A stretch of 64,000 nucleotides of DNA from Oscillospiraceae bacterium (GTDB lineage Bacteria; Bacillota; Clostridia; Oscillospirales; Oscillospiraceae): the NCBI GenBank assembly GCA_017447685.1, contig JAFSMZ010000053.1:2914-66913 (forward strand), written 5' to 3'. The position numbers were made by a program, and so were the translations under genes. Under the pieces are notes generated by a model that was given only the letters and a program-made list of their open reading frames with translations, was not told the DNA's origin and did not search any database. This document shows, in pieces, positions 40,301 to 48,528 of the stretch. Position 1 is the stretch's first letter. Each line of letters starts with the position of its first letter.

Positions 40301-40524
40301 GCCACATAGTCCAGGGTCAGGGGCTCCATATAGACCTTGTCGGCAATGGAGGTGTCCGTCATGATGGTGGCGGGGTTGGAGTTCACCAGCACCACCTCGT
40401 AGCCCTCTTCCTTGAGGGCCAGGCAGGCCTGGGTGCCGGCATAGTCGAATTCCGCCGCCTGGCCGATGACGATGGGGCCGGAGCCGATGATCAGTACTTT
40501 TTTGATGTCCGTTCGTTTTGCCAT
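37351..40524 (-). CDS. carB: Carbamoyl-phosphate synthase large subunit
   Basis: ATG 40524 (MAKRTDIKKVLIIGSGPIVIGQAAEFDYAGTQA), 1057 aa. The track start at 40719 lies inside pyrC. Confidence 0.95.
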   Translation of the reverse strand: MAKRTDIKKVLIIGSGPIVIGQAAEFDYAGTQACLALKEEGYEVVLVNSNPATIMTDTSIADKVYMEPLTLDYVAKILRYERPDAIVPGIGGQTGLNLAMQLERKGILRECGVKLLGTSSESIERAEDRELFKEMCQAIGEPVIPSEITYNLEEAKAAAERIGYPVVLRPAFTLGGTGGGFAYNEQELEEIGVNAFRLSPVHQVLIEKSVKGYKEIEFEVMRDSNDRAITICGMENVDPVGVHTGDSIVVAPILSLNEHDLKMLNDSAIKIIRELKIEGGCNVQFALNPTSSEYYLIEVNPRVSRSSALASKASGYPIARVTAKIALGMALEEIPVAGGTAAMEPSLDYIVAKFPRFPFDKFTSAPNTLGTQMKATGEVMGIGSNLEECLLKSVCSLEIGVDHFHMAKFDEQSDEELFSYISEFRHDGVFAVFELLRRGVSVEKLHELTSITELFLESFRKIVDMERALREHINDAALLREAKKMGFSDSCIACFWNLSETEIYERRRKLGITPVFRMVDTLHTGKYIAYLYSSYSGENDSRLTDKKKLVVLGAGPIRIGQGVEFDYSTVHAVQTIKRNGYEAIIINNNPETVSTDYTTGDKLYFEPLTPEHVMAILDFEQPEGVIASLGGQTAINLAQPLMDRGVRIVGTDCAAIERAENRDSFEKILLSLDIPQPTGTAVTNIEDGIAAAERIGYPVLVRPSFVLGGRAMEIVASEEMLRHYLKTAVEIDADKPVLVDKYILGREVEVDAICDGRDVFVPGIMELVERTGVHSGDSISVYPSFSISNKVKGIILQYAKKLGLGIGIIGLFNIQFIVDKEENVYIIEVNPRSSRTVPFLSKATGFSLADIATEVIMGKSLKEQGIFDLYPEEKKRHYVKVPVFSWNKIKGLDAYLSPEMKSTGEAIGYDAKLSRAMYKALQASGMKLQNYGTVFVTLADEDKEEALPLVRRFYDMGFNIEATVGTATFLKQHGIRTRIRRKISEGSEEILDSIRAGYVSYIINTRALQRGKHLEDGVAIRMCATENNVTIFTSLDTVRVLLDVLEETTITVSTIDA

Positions 40525-40525
40525 A

Positions 40526-41725
40526 TTATTTCTCCCGGTAAACCGTCTGCCCGCTGTAAACCGTCTGCAGGCATCTGCCGAAGACCCTGCGGCCGGTGAA
40601 GGGACTTGCTTTTCCCTTGGACAAAAAGTCCGCGGGATCGATCGTGTATTCTTGTTCCAGATCCCAGAGGGACCAGTCCTCCCCAAGGGGGAGAGCGAAG
40701 CGCTCACGGGGGCGCTCACAGAGAAGCGAGACGAGGGCCTCCAGCGTGAGGACGCCGGATTTCACCAGCCCGGTGTAGAGCAGGGGAAAGGCCGTTTCCA
40801 GGCCCACGATGCCGAAGGCGCTGCCCTCCAGGCCCCGGGATTTTTCCTCGGCACTGTGGGGAGCGTGGTCGGTGGCGATGCACAGGATGTCCCCGTCGCA
40901 GAGCCCCTCCAGCAGGGCCTCCCGGTCCTCCCGGGCGCGCAGCGGCGGGTTCATTTTGAAGCGTCCGTCCTCCTGCAGGTCGTTTTCGTCCAGCAGCAGG
41001 TAGTGGGGCGCGGTCTCGCAGCTGACGTCCAGCCCGTCCCGCCGCGCCTCACGGATCAGGCGGAGGGATTCCTTCGTGGAAATGTGGCACACATGGTAGC
41101 CGCAGCCGGTTTCGGCCACCAGCTCCAGATCCCGGGCCACCTGGCGCCACTCGCTCTCCGAGCAGATGCCCCGGTGGCCGTGGGCGGCGGCCCAGGCCCC
41201 GTCGTGGATATAGCCGCCCCGGAGGAGTGTGTTGTCCTCGCAGTGGGCCACGATCAGCTTGCCGAGGGCTTTGGACCGTTCCATGGCCTCCCGCATCATG
41301 CCGTCGTCCTGGACGCCGTGTCCGTCGTCGGAAAAGGCGATCACATGGGGGGCCATGCCCTCCAGATCCGCAAGCTCCTTCCCGGCCTCGTTCACGGTGA
41401 TGGCCCCATAGGGGCGCACGTCGATGACCGCGTCCCGCCGGATGAGGGAGAGCTCTGCCTCCAGATGCTCCGCACTGTCCGGCACCGGGTTCAGGTTGGG
41501 CATGGCGCAGACTGCCGTGTAGCCGCCCCGGGCCGCGGCCAGAGAGCCGCTGCGGATGGTCTCCTTATAAGAAAAGCCCGGTTCGCGCAGGTGCACATGC
41601 ACATCGCAAAAACCGGGCAGTTTGACATATCCAGTTTTCTCCTGACGGAGGAAGGCGACACAGTCTCCGGCGAAGGGCAGGGCACCAGCGCCGTCCAGCT
41701 GCTTGTATCGGGGAAAGACAGGCAT
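40526..41725 (-). CDS. pyrC: Dihydroorotase
   Basis: ATG 41725 follows GGAGGG. DVHVHLREPG metal-binding motif. 399 aa. Confidence 0.9.
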   Translation of the reverse strand: MPVFPRYKQLDGAGALPFAGDCVAFLRQEKTGYVKLPGFCDVHVHLREPGFSYKETIRSGSLAAARGGYTAVCAMPNLNPVPDSAEHLEAELSLIRRDAVIDVRPYGAITVNEAGKELADLEGMAPHVIAFSDDGHGVQDDGMMREAMERSKALGKLIVAHCEDNTLLRGGYIHDGAWAAAHGHRGICSESEWRQVARDLELVAETGCGYHVCHISTKESLRLIREARRDGLDVSCETAPHYLLLDENDLQEDGRFKMNPPLRAREDREALLEGLCDGDILCIATDHAPHSAEEKSRGLEGSAFGIVGLETAFPLLYTGLVKSGVLTLEALVSLLCERPRERFALPLGEDWSLWDLEQEYTIDPADFLSKGKASPFTGRRVFGRCLQTVYSGQTVYREK

Positions 41726-41738
41726 GGCAAAACCCTCC

Positions 41739-41806
41739 GAAAAAAACAAAATCCCTTCCCGGAAAACCGACAAGGAAACAGCGATCCGCACCCCCGAAAG
41801 GGGCGC
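41739..41806 (-). promoter_or_regulatory. pyr leader with terminator-type attenuator
   Basis: Minus-strand RNA: GCGCCCCuuucGGGGGUGC hairpin (41787-41806), then CCUUGUCGG-uuuu-CCGGGAAGG (41754-41775) followed by GAUUUUGUUUUUUU, immediately before the pyrC RBS. Confidence 0.6.
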
Positions 41807-41853
41807 TTTTTTCACCCTTGCCGATCTCACCGGATCGCCTTAAAGACGCCCTG

Positions 41854-41883
41854 ATTATAACGGTTTACGCGCTTTTTTGTCAA
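41854..41883 (-). promoter_or_regulatory. Sigma-A type promoter heading the pyr/pur gene block
   Basis: On the minus strand: TTGACA (41883-41878), 18 nt, TATAAT (41859-41854). Confidence 0.7.
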
Positions 41884-42054
41884 TCGGCAGAATGCACAGA
41901 AAAGAAAGAGCGAAAAGGCCCATTTCCGACGCACTTTCGGAGGGGAAATTCTGACTGTTTTTCGGGAAAGGGGCAGCTTTCCGTGCCTCCGGGATACTGG
42001 AGCATTTGCACAAAAGAAGAATCCCAGCTTTGTGCAGCTTGACGAGGGGGAAGA

Positions 42055-42075
42055 GTTCGGAATTCGGAGTTCGGA
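42055..42075 (+). repeat. Heptamer tandem repeat (RTTCGGA x3), family C
   Basis: gttcgga attcgga gttcgga followed by atgc. Confidence 0.55.
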
Positions 42076-42443
42076 ATGCGGCATTGTTGGGACGGCGTTT
42101 TTTCGGAAGGCGGAAATGAAAAGAGGCGCGGCAGGTCTCCGCATTGCGCTGCGGTCTCGCCGTCATCCTGAGGAGGCAAAGCCGACGAAGGATCTCAGCG
42201 CTGCGTTTTTGACAGAGCTGGCAGGCCAAAGTCGCCGCTGCTCGTTCCAAGTGCATCGGCGGCACGATCGGGGCACCGTGTCCTGCGCGAGGGGACGGCT
42301 CCCTTCGTCAGCTACGTCTGCAGGACGGAAACGGGCGCTCCCGGAGAGCCCGCATTGGAATAAATATGATATTCTGCGCTTTTGAACAAAAACGAATTGG
42401 CAATTTTGTTCAAAAATACAGCTTGAAAATGGCAGGACTGCAA

Positions 42444-42472
42444 TGGACAAAGGACCAGACCGGGAGTATAAT
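42444..42472 (+). promoter_or_regulatory. Sigma-A type promoter of the ABC importer operon
   Basis: TGGACA (42444-42449), 17 nt, TATAAT (42467-42472). Confidence 0.55.
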
Positions 42473-42558
42473 ACAAAAAGTGGAATGATCCTGTTCGTTC
42501 CGCAAAACGGATCGCTTTCCCGCCAAGCGGCGGGAAAAAGAATTGAAGGAGGAAAAAC

Positions 42559-43680
42559 ATGAAAAAGGTATTTGCACTGCTGCTCGCGCTTGTTATGGTC
42601 TTCGCCCTGGCCGCCTGCGGCGAGGCCAAGACCGAGGCCAAGACCGATGCCGCCGCCGAGGGCGAGCTGGCTGAACTCATCAAGGCCGCTCAGGCCGAGG
42701 GCGAGCTGGTGGTCTACGGCTCCTGCGAAGAGGAGTACCTGGCTGCCGCCACGGCTCACTTCGAAGAGCTTTACGGCATCAAGACCTCTTATCAGCGTCT
42801 GTCCACCGGCGAAGTCCAGGCCAAGATCGAGGAAGAGAACGGCAATCCTTCCGCTGACGTCTGGTTCGGCGGCACTACCGACCCTTACAACGTGGTTGCT
42901 TCCGAGGGCCTGCTGGAGCCCTATGCGGCCGTTAATGCCGCGCATCTGACCAGCGACATGTACAAGCACCCCGACAACATGTGGTTCGGCATCTACAAGG
43001 GCATCCTGGGCTTCATGGTCAATACCAATGAGCTGGAGCGCATGGGCCTGGAGGCTCCCCAGGATTGGCAGGATCTGCTGAAGGAAGAGTACAAGGGCCT
43101 GATCTGGCTGTCCAACTACAATACCGCCGGCACCGCCAAGCTGGTCATCAACACCATGATCCAGAAGTACGGCCATGACGAGGGCATCCAGTTCCTGGTA
43201 GACCTGGACAAGAACATTGAAGTCTACACCAAGTCCGGCTCCGGCCCGTCCAAGAACGTGGGTACCGGCGAGTGCGTCATCGGCATCGGCTTCCTGCATG
43301 ACGGCATCACCCAGATCCTGGACAACGGCTATGACAACGTGGCCCTGGTCATCCCCAGCACCGGCACCTCCTTCGAGATCGGCGCAACCGCCATCTTCAA
43401 GGGCGCCGCGCATCCCAACGCCGCCAAGCTCTGGATCGAGTACGCGCTGAGCCCCGATTGCGTGGAGCTGGGCGCCAAGAACGGCTCCTACCAGTTCCTG
43501 GTCATCGACAACGCCCAGCAGCCTGAGGCTGCCGCCCAGTTCGGCCTGGATCCCGAGAACGTCATGAAGTATGACTTCGAGGACGCCACCAAGAACATCA
43601 AAACCTATATCGACGAGGTCATGAACGCCATCGCCGCCTCCGGTGCGGACACCGGCGCCGATCGTTTCAAGACCGAGTAA
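42559..43680 (+). CDS. ABC transporter substrate-binding lipoprotein (FbpA/AfuA/PotD-like family)
   Basis: ATG follows GAAGGAGGA. Lipobox FALAAC. 373 aa. Operon partners are a fused double permease and a PotA/FbpC-like ATPase. Confidence 0.75.
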   Translation: MKKVFALLLALVMVFALAACGEAKTEAKTDAAAEGELAELIKAAQAEGELVVYGSCEEEYLAAATAHFEELYGIKTSYQRLSTGEVQAKIEEENGNPSADVWFGGTTDPYNVVASEGLLEPYAAVNAAHLTSDMYKHPDNMWFGIYKGILGFMVNTNELERMGLEAPQDWQDLLKEEYKGLIWLSNYNTAGTAKLVINTMIQKYGHDEGIQFLVDLDKNIEVYTKSGSGPSKNVGTGECVIGIGFLHDGITQILDNGYDNVALVIPSTGTSFEIGATAIFKGAAHPNAAKLWIEYALSPDCVELGAKNGSYQFLVIDNAQQPEAAAQFGLDPENVMKYDFEDATKNIKTYIDEVMNAIAASGADTGADRFKTE

Positions 43681-43693
43681 GCACTGCTTCCGC

Positions 43694-43726
43694 AAGGATG
43701 GCGGGATCTCCCGCCATCCTTTTTTA
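43694..43726 (+). terminator. Strong hairpin with T-tract between the binding-protein and permease genes
   Basis: AAGGATGGCGGGA-tct-CCCGCCATCCTT followed by TTTTT. Confidence 0.65.
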
Positions 43727-44032
43727 TACGAATGTCTGATAAGAAGCTTTCATAGGATTCCGAGGCAGAATTGTGCCGGACGAGGCGCCTTCCGCAGAGC
43801 ATAATGGAGATATATGGTCAGGCTCAGGGCTCCCATCAAAGCGTCTGCTTTGATGGGAAGAGGAGGCGCAGCGGAGGGAGCGAGCTTTCGTGACGCTTCA
43901 CGGAAGCGAGACGATCCGGAGCTTGTGCCGACGAAACGAAGTATGACACAATTCTGACCGGAAGGCTTGAATGATTTCTATCAGATATTCGTATCAGATC
44001 CTTTCGGGGAAAAGAAGAAAGGAGAGAATTCT

Positions 44033-45742
44033 ATGGCAAGAGGCCAGGGCGCGGCGCTGGACCGGAAAAAGCTGATGGCGGATCCCATCATGGTCACCAC
44101 CATCGTCGTGCTGATCACATTTCTGACACTGTTTATTCTCTACCCGCTGGCAATTCTGCTGGTGGACAGTTTCGTGGGCGACGGCGGCTTCGGCTTCGGT
44201 ATTTTCAAGCGGATCTTCGCCATGCCCAACTTTACCCGCGCCATCGGCAACACCCTGAAGATCGGCTTCGTGGTGGGTATCCTGTCTGCTCTCGTTGGCC
44301 TGCTCTTCGCCTATGTGGAGGTCTACGTCCACATGAACAGGTTTGTAGGCGGACTGTTCAAGGTGGTGTCCATGCTGCCGGTGGTGTCGCCGCCCTTTGT
44401 GCTGAGCCTGTCCATGATCATGCTCTTCGGCAAGGCGGGCCTGGTCACCCGCTTCCTGTTGGGTATCTACGACAACAGCGTCTACGGCTACTGGGGCATC
44501 GTGGTGGTCCAGACCCTCACCTTCTTCCCGGTGTGCTACATGATGCTCAAGGGATTGCTGAAGAACATCGACCCCTCTCTGGAGGAGGCGGCACGGGACA
44601 TGGGGGCCAGCCGCTGGCGGGTCTTCATGGACGTGACGCTGCCTCTGCTGCTGCCGGGCATCGGCAACGCCTTCCTCGTGACCTTTATCGAATCCATCGC
44701 GGACTTTGCCAACCCCATGATCATCGGCGGCTCCTACGACACCCTGGCCACCACCATCTACCTGCAGATCACCGGCGCCTATGACAAGGCAGGCGCGGCG
44801 GCCATGGCTGTGGTGCTGCTGTGCATCACGCTGCTGATGTTTGCGGTGCAGAAGTACTATCTGGAGGCCAAGACCGCCGCCACCCTGACGGGCAAGGCTT
44901 CCCGCGCCAGGATGCTCATCGAGGACAAGAGCGTGAAGATCCCGCTGACGGTGTTCTGCGCACTGGGCGCGGCTTTCGTGATCCTGATGTACATCTGTGT
45001 GCCCATCGGCGCCTGCTTCCCCACCTGGGGCTACAAATTCTTCCCTCTCACAGGCAAGTGGTTCGGGCTGGTCTTCAGCCGCTATCACGGCTTCAAGGCC
45101 TTTAAGGACTCCTTCCTGCTGTCTCTGATCGCAGCTCCCGTCACGGCGCTGCTGAGCATGATCATCTCCTATCTGGTCGTCAAACGGAAGTTCAAGGCCA
45201 AGGGCTTTATCGAGGCGGTCAGCATGCTGGCCATGGCTGTGCCCGGCACGGTGCTGGGCGTGGGATACATCCGGGGCTTTTCCGGCGGACTCTTCCACAC
45301 CGGCTTCCTCCAGGGCCTCTACGGCACCGGCCTCATCCTGATCATCGTGTTCGTGGTGCGCTCCCTGCCCACCGGCACCCGCAGCGGCATCTCCGCCCTG
45401 CGGCAGATCGACAAGTCTATCGAGGAATCGGCCTACGACATGGGCGCGGACAGTCTGCGGGTGTTTATGACCGTGACGCTGCCTCTGATCAAGGATTCCT
45501 TCCTCTCCGGCCTTGTGACCGCCTTCGTGCGGAGCATCACCGCCATCTCCGCCATCATCCTGCTGGTGACGCCCCAGTTCCTGCTCATCACCGTGCAGAT
45601 CAACGAGTTCGCGGAGAAGGGCTCCTTCAGTCTGGCCTGCGCCTTTGCGACCATTCTGATCATCATTACCTACGGCGCTGTGCTGCTGATGAACCTGTTC
45701 ATGAAGTACTTCGGCACCAGCAGAAAGATCAAGGAGGACTGA
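44033..45742 (+). CDS. ABC transporter permease, fused two-domain (FbpB/ThiP-like)
   Basis: ATG 44033 follows AAAGGAGAG. 569 aa, about 12 TM segments, with two EAA-type loops (EEAARDMGAS, EESAYDMGAD). Confidence 0.85.
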   Translation: MARGQGAALDRKKLMADPIMVTTIVVLITFLTLFILYPLAILLVDSFVGDGGFGFGIFKRIFAMPNFTRAIGNTLKIGFVVGILSALVGLLFAYVEVYVHMNRFVGGLFKVVSMLPVVSPPFVLSLSMIMLFGKAGLVTRFLLGIYDNSVYGYWGIVVVQTLTFFPVCYMMLKGLLKNIDPSLEEAARDMGASRWRVFMDVTLPLLLPGIGNAFLVTFIESIADFANPMIIGGSYDTLATTIYLQITGAYDKAGAAAMAVVLLCITLLMFAVQKYYLEAKTAATLTGKASRARMLIEDKSVKIPLTVFCALGAAFVILMYICVPIGACFPTWGYKFFPLTGKWFGLVFSRYHGFKAFKDSFLLSLIAAPVTALLSMIISYLVVKRKFKAKGFIEAVSMLAMAVPGTVLGVGYIRGFSGGLFHTGFLQGLYGTGLILIIVFVVRSLPTGTRSGISALRQIDKSIEESAYDMGADSLRVFMTVTLPLIKDSFLSGLVTAFVRSITAISAIILLVTPQFLLITVQINEFAEKGSFSLACAFATILIIITYGAVLLMNLFMKYFGTSRKIKED

Positions 45743-45745
45743 GCC

Positions 45746-46822
45746 ATGGAAAAAGTGAAAAAAGGCGTTCGCCTGGAGCATATCTCCAAAATCTATCAGG
45801 ATCCCAAGACGGGGAAGGACTTTTACGCGGTGAAAGACACCTCCCTGACCATCGAGCCCGGCTCCTTCGTGACCCTGCTGGGACCTTCCGGCTGCGGCAA
45901 GACCACCACGCTGCGCATGATCGCCGGCTTTGAGAGCCCGGACGAGGGCGAGATCTACCTGGGGGACGAGCCCATCAACGAGCTGACCCCCAACAAACGG
46001 GACACGGCCATGGTGTTTCAGAGCTACGCCCTGCTGCCCCACTACAACGTGTTCGACAACGTGGCCTACGGCCTGAAGCTGCGCAAGGTGCCCAAGGACG
46101 AGATCCGGGAGCGGGTCATGAAGATCCTGGACCTGGTGGAGCTGAGCGGTATGGAAGGCCGCATGACCAACCAGCTCTCCGGCGGCCAGCAGCAGCGCGT
46201 GGCCCTGGCCCGCGCCCTGGTGATCGAGCCCTCGGTGCTGCTCTTCGATGAGCCGCTGAGCAACCTGGACGCCAAGCTGCGCGTCACCATGCGCACGGAA
46301 ATCCGCCGTATCCAGCAGGAGGTGGGCATCACCGCTGTTTACGTCACCCATGACCAGTCCGAGGCCATGGCTTTGTCCGACAACATCATCATCATGAACA
46401 AGGGCGTTGTGGCCCAGATGGGCACGCCCCAGGAGATCTACTACCATCCGGTGAACGAATTTGTTGCGGACTTTATCGGCGAGGCCAACTTCCTGAGGGG
46501 CGAGATGCTGCGCCGGGAGAAGGACATGGCGGTGCTGAATGTGGAAGGCAGCGAGTTGCAGGTCCCTGCCCGGGACGACATGAAAGCGGGAGAGCAGTAC
46601 ACCCTGGTGCTGCGGCCCGAGGCGGCGCATCTTGAGGATGTGGGCGGCCTGCCCTGCAAGGTGGTGCTCAGCTGCTTTATGGGCTCCTACCAGAACTACC
46701 ATGTGATGGTAGGCAACACCCTGGTGAAGCTGGAGGAGCACAACCCCAAGAACAAGCGGATCTATCGGGTCGGGGAGAGCTGCAATCTTGTCTTCGAGCC
46801 GGAATCTGTGCACGTGCTCTGA
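45746..46822 (+). CDS. ABC transporter ATP-binding protein (FbpC/PotA/MalK-like)
   Basis: Walker A GPSGCGKTT, signature LSGGQQQRVALARA, Walker B LLFDEPLS. C-terminal TOBE-like domain. Confidence 0.9.
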   Translation: MEKVKKGVRLEHISKIYQDPKTGKDFYAVKDTSLTIEPGSFVTLLGPSGCGKTTTLRMIAGFESPDEGEIYLGDEPINELTPNKRDTAMVFQSYALLPHYNVFDNVAYGLKLRKVPKDEIRERVMKILDLVELSGMEGRMTNQLSGGQQQRVALARALVIEPSVLLFDEPLSNLDAKLRVTMRTEIRRIQQEVGITAVYVTHDQSEAMALSDNIIIMNKGVVAQMGTPQEIYYHPVNEFVADFIGEANFLRGEMLRREKDMAVLNVEGSELQVPARDDMKAGEQYTLVLRPEAAHLEDVGGLPCKVVLSCFMGSYQNYHVMVGNTLVKLEEHNPKNKRIYRVGESCNLVFEPESVHVL

Positions 46823-46855
46823 GAAGGGGCGCGCGAAAAGCGGCTTGCACACGGT

Positions 46856-46896
46856 TCTCCTGCGCGGGAGGGCTTCCGGTCCTCCCGCGCAGGAGA
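46856..46896 (+). terminator. Terminator-like GC-rich hairpin
   Basis: TCTCCTGCGCGGGAGG-loop-CCTCCCGCGCAGGAGA with a weak T-tract. Confidence 0.45.
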
Positions 46897-46948
46897 TCCT
46901 TTGCGGCATAATCAAAAAAGAATCCGCATATTTTTGAGAAGAAAGCTC

Positions 46949-46977
46949 TTGACAAAGGGAGAAAGTGCTGGTATATT
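46949..46977 (+). promoter_or_regulatory. Sigma-A promoter (extended -10) of infC-rpmI-rplT
   Basis: TTGACA (46949-46954), 17 nt, TGgTATATT (-10 at 46972-46977). Confidence 0.75.
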
Positions 46978-46983
46978 ATCAAA

Positions 46984-47127
46984 GCTAAAACAAAGCAGGT
47001 ACGGCATCCCCGGCCTCACCCGGCGGCCTTTTGAGCCAGCCGCGGTCAATAGAAGCAGCGCCCCCAAGGGGGATTTACGGTGTTTTTATGCGCGGATGCT
47101 GTGCATCCGCGTTTTTATTTTTCGGAG
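46984..47127 (+). promoter_or_regulatory. infC leader with intrinsic terminator (L20-leader-type attenuator)
   Basis: About 145-nt structured 5'UTR ending in GCGCGGATGC-tgt-GCATCCGCG followed by TTTTTATTTTT (47090-47121), just before the infC RBS. In Firmicutes, L20 autoregulates through such a leader. Confidence 0.55.
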
Positions 47128-47136
47128 GTGTTTCCC

Positions 47137-47709
47137 ATCGCAAACGCTGTTCATCAAATCAACGAAGAGATCAATGACAAGGAAGTCCGCCTGATTGGAG
47201 ATCAGGGCGAGCAGCTGGGCATTATGTCTGCTGCGGAGGCGCTCAGGATCGCAGAAGAGAAGGAACTGGATCTGGTCAAGATCGCTCCGGGCTCCAATCC
47301 TCCCGTCTGCAAGATCATGGACTACGGCAAGTACCGCTTCGAGCAGACCAAGAAGGAAAAAGAGGCCAAGAAGAATCAGCGCATCGTGGAGGTCAAGGAG
47401 ATCCGCATGTCCCCGGGCATCGATACCAATGACTTCAACACCAAGCTGAAGAACGCCCAGAAGTTCCTGGCGGACGGAGACCGGGTCAAGGTGTCCGTGC
47501 GCTTCCGTGGCCGCGAGATGGCACATACCGACATCGGCGCGACCCTGCTGAAGGACTTTGCGGCCCAGTGCGCGGAGATCGCCAATATGGACAAAGCCCC
47601 CAAGCTGGAGGGCCGGAATATGTCCATGTTCCTGTCCCCCAAGCCCGTCACCCCGGCAAAGAAGCCGGCCAAACCCAAAGCGCCCAAGACCGAAAGCGTC
47701 GAGGGCTAA
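47137..47709 (+). CDS. infC: Translation initiation factor IF-3
   Basis: ..INEEINDKEVRLIGDQGEQLG.. IF-3 core. The most likely start is the non-canonical AUC at 47137, 8 nt after GGAGG (47124-47128). In-frame GTG 47128 overlaps the RBS, and ATG 47080 lies inside the terminator. Confidence 0.85.
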   Translation: MANAVHQINEEINDKEVRLIGDQGEQLGIMSAAEALRIAEEKELDLVKIAPGSNPPVCKIMDYGKYRFEQTKKEKEAKKNQRIVEVKEIRMSPGIDTNDFNTKLKNAQKFLADGDRVKVSVRFRGREMAHTDIGATLLKDFAAQCAEIANMDKAPKLEGRNMSMFLSPKPVTPAKKPAKPKAPKTESVEG

Positions 47710-47730
47710 CACACGGAAGGAGAAATAGTC

Positions 47731-47928
47731 ATGCCCAAACTGAAGACCCACAGCGGTGCCAAGAAGAGATTCAATCTCACCAAGACCGGCAAGGTAAAGC
47801 GCGCCCACGCTTTTAAGAGCCATATCCTCACCAAGAAGGACACCAAGCGCTGCCGTCGCCTGCGCAGCGAGACCTACGCCGACGAGACCAACGCTGCTAC
47901 CATCAAGAAAATGATCCCTTACAAATAA
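47731..47928 (+). CDS. rpmI: 50S ribosomal protein L35
   Basis: [14 protein letters not shown].., 65 aa. Confidence 0.97.
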   Translation: MPKLKTHSGAKKRFNLTKTGKVKRAHAFKSHILTKKDTKRCRRLRSETYADETNAATIKKMIPYK

Positions 47929-47957
47929 GGGTTGACGCGAAATAGGAGGAAACACAA

Positions 47958-48311
47958 ATGGCTAGAGTTAAAGGCGCAATGATGACCCGCAAGCACAGAA
48001 ATAAGGTGCTTGGCCTTGCTAAGGGTTACTGGGGCAACAAGTCCCGTCACTATAAGATGGCTCAGGAGCAGATGATGAAGTCCGGCCGCTACGCTTATGT
48101 CGGCCGCAAGCAGAAGAAGAGAGACTTCCGTCAGCTCTGGATCACCCGTATCAGCGCAGGCTGCAAGATGAACGGCCTGAACTACTCCAAGTTCATGTAC
48201 GGTCTGAAGAAGGCCGGGATCGAGATGAACCGCAAGATGCTCTCCGAGACCGCCATCCACGACCCCGCCGCTTTCACCGCCCTCTGCGATCTGGCGAAGA
48301 ACGCCCAGTAA
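47958..48311 (+). CDS. rplT: 50S ribosomal protein L20
   Basis: [18 protein letters not shown].., 117 aa. Confidence 0.97.
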   Translation: MARVKGAMMTRKHRNKVLGLAKGYWGNKSRHYKMAQEQMMKSGRYAYVGRKQKKRDFRQLWITRISAGCKMNGLNYSKFMYGLKKAGIEMNRKMLSETAIHDPAAFTALCDLAKNAQ

Positions 48312-48319
48312 ATTATCAT

Positions 48320-48354
48320 AAAAAATCCTCCCCTGAACAGGGGAGGATTTTTTT
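48320..48354 (+). terminator. Rho-independent terminator of rplT
   Basis: AAAAAATCCTCCCC-tgaaca-GGGGAGGATTTTTTT. Confidence 0.85.
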
Positions 48355-48475
48355 GTGAAAAAGTGAAGAGTGAAAAGTGAAGAGTGAAAAGTGAAGGGTG
48401 AAGAGTGAAAAGTGAAGAGTGAAGAGTGAGGAGTGAAGAGTGAAAAGCGAGGAGTGAAAAGGGAAGAGTGAAGCG
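48355..48475 (+). repeat. Tandem heptamer repeat, about 17 x GTGAARA
   Basis: gtgaaaa(a) gtgaaga gtgaaaa gtgaaga gtgaaaa gtgaagg gtgaaga ... gggaaga gtgaagc. Confidence 0.9.
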
Positions 48476-48528
48476 CTTCCAGAGATTCCTTCTTGCCAGG
48501 GAAAGAGCGCAGGGTGTATAGTGGGGCC

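Noticed and set aside
40524-40528. Looked for carA (carbamoyl-phosphate synthase small subunit) between pyrC and carB.
   Set aside because: Only 1 nt separates the pyrC stop from the carB start, and no GATase-type ORF occurs anywhere in the block. carA must be elsewhere or absent. This is recorded as an absence, not a feature.
41855-42265. Several overlapping 99-136 aa ORFs in the 830-bp gap between pyrC and the ABC importer.
   Set aside because: They have no RBS, and the region is built from the dispersed repeat motifs (heptamer ATTCGGA and GC-rich hairpins). It is better interpreted as repeat-rich intergenic DNA.
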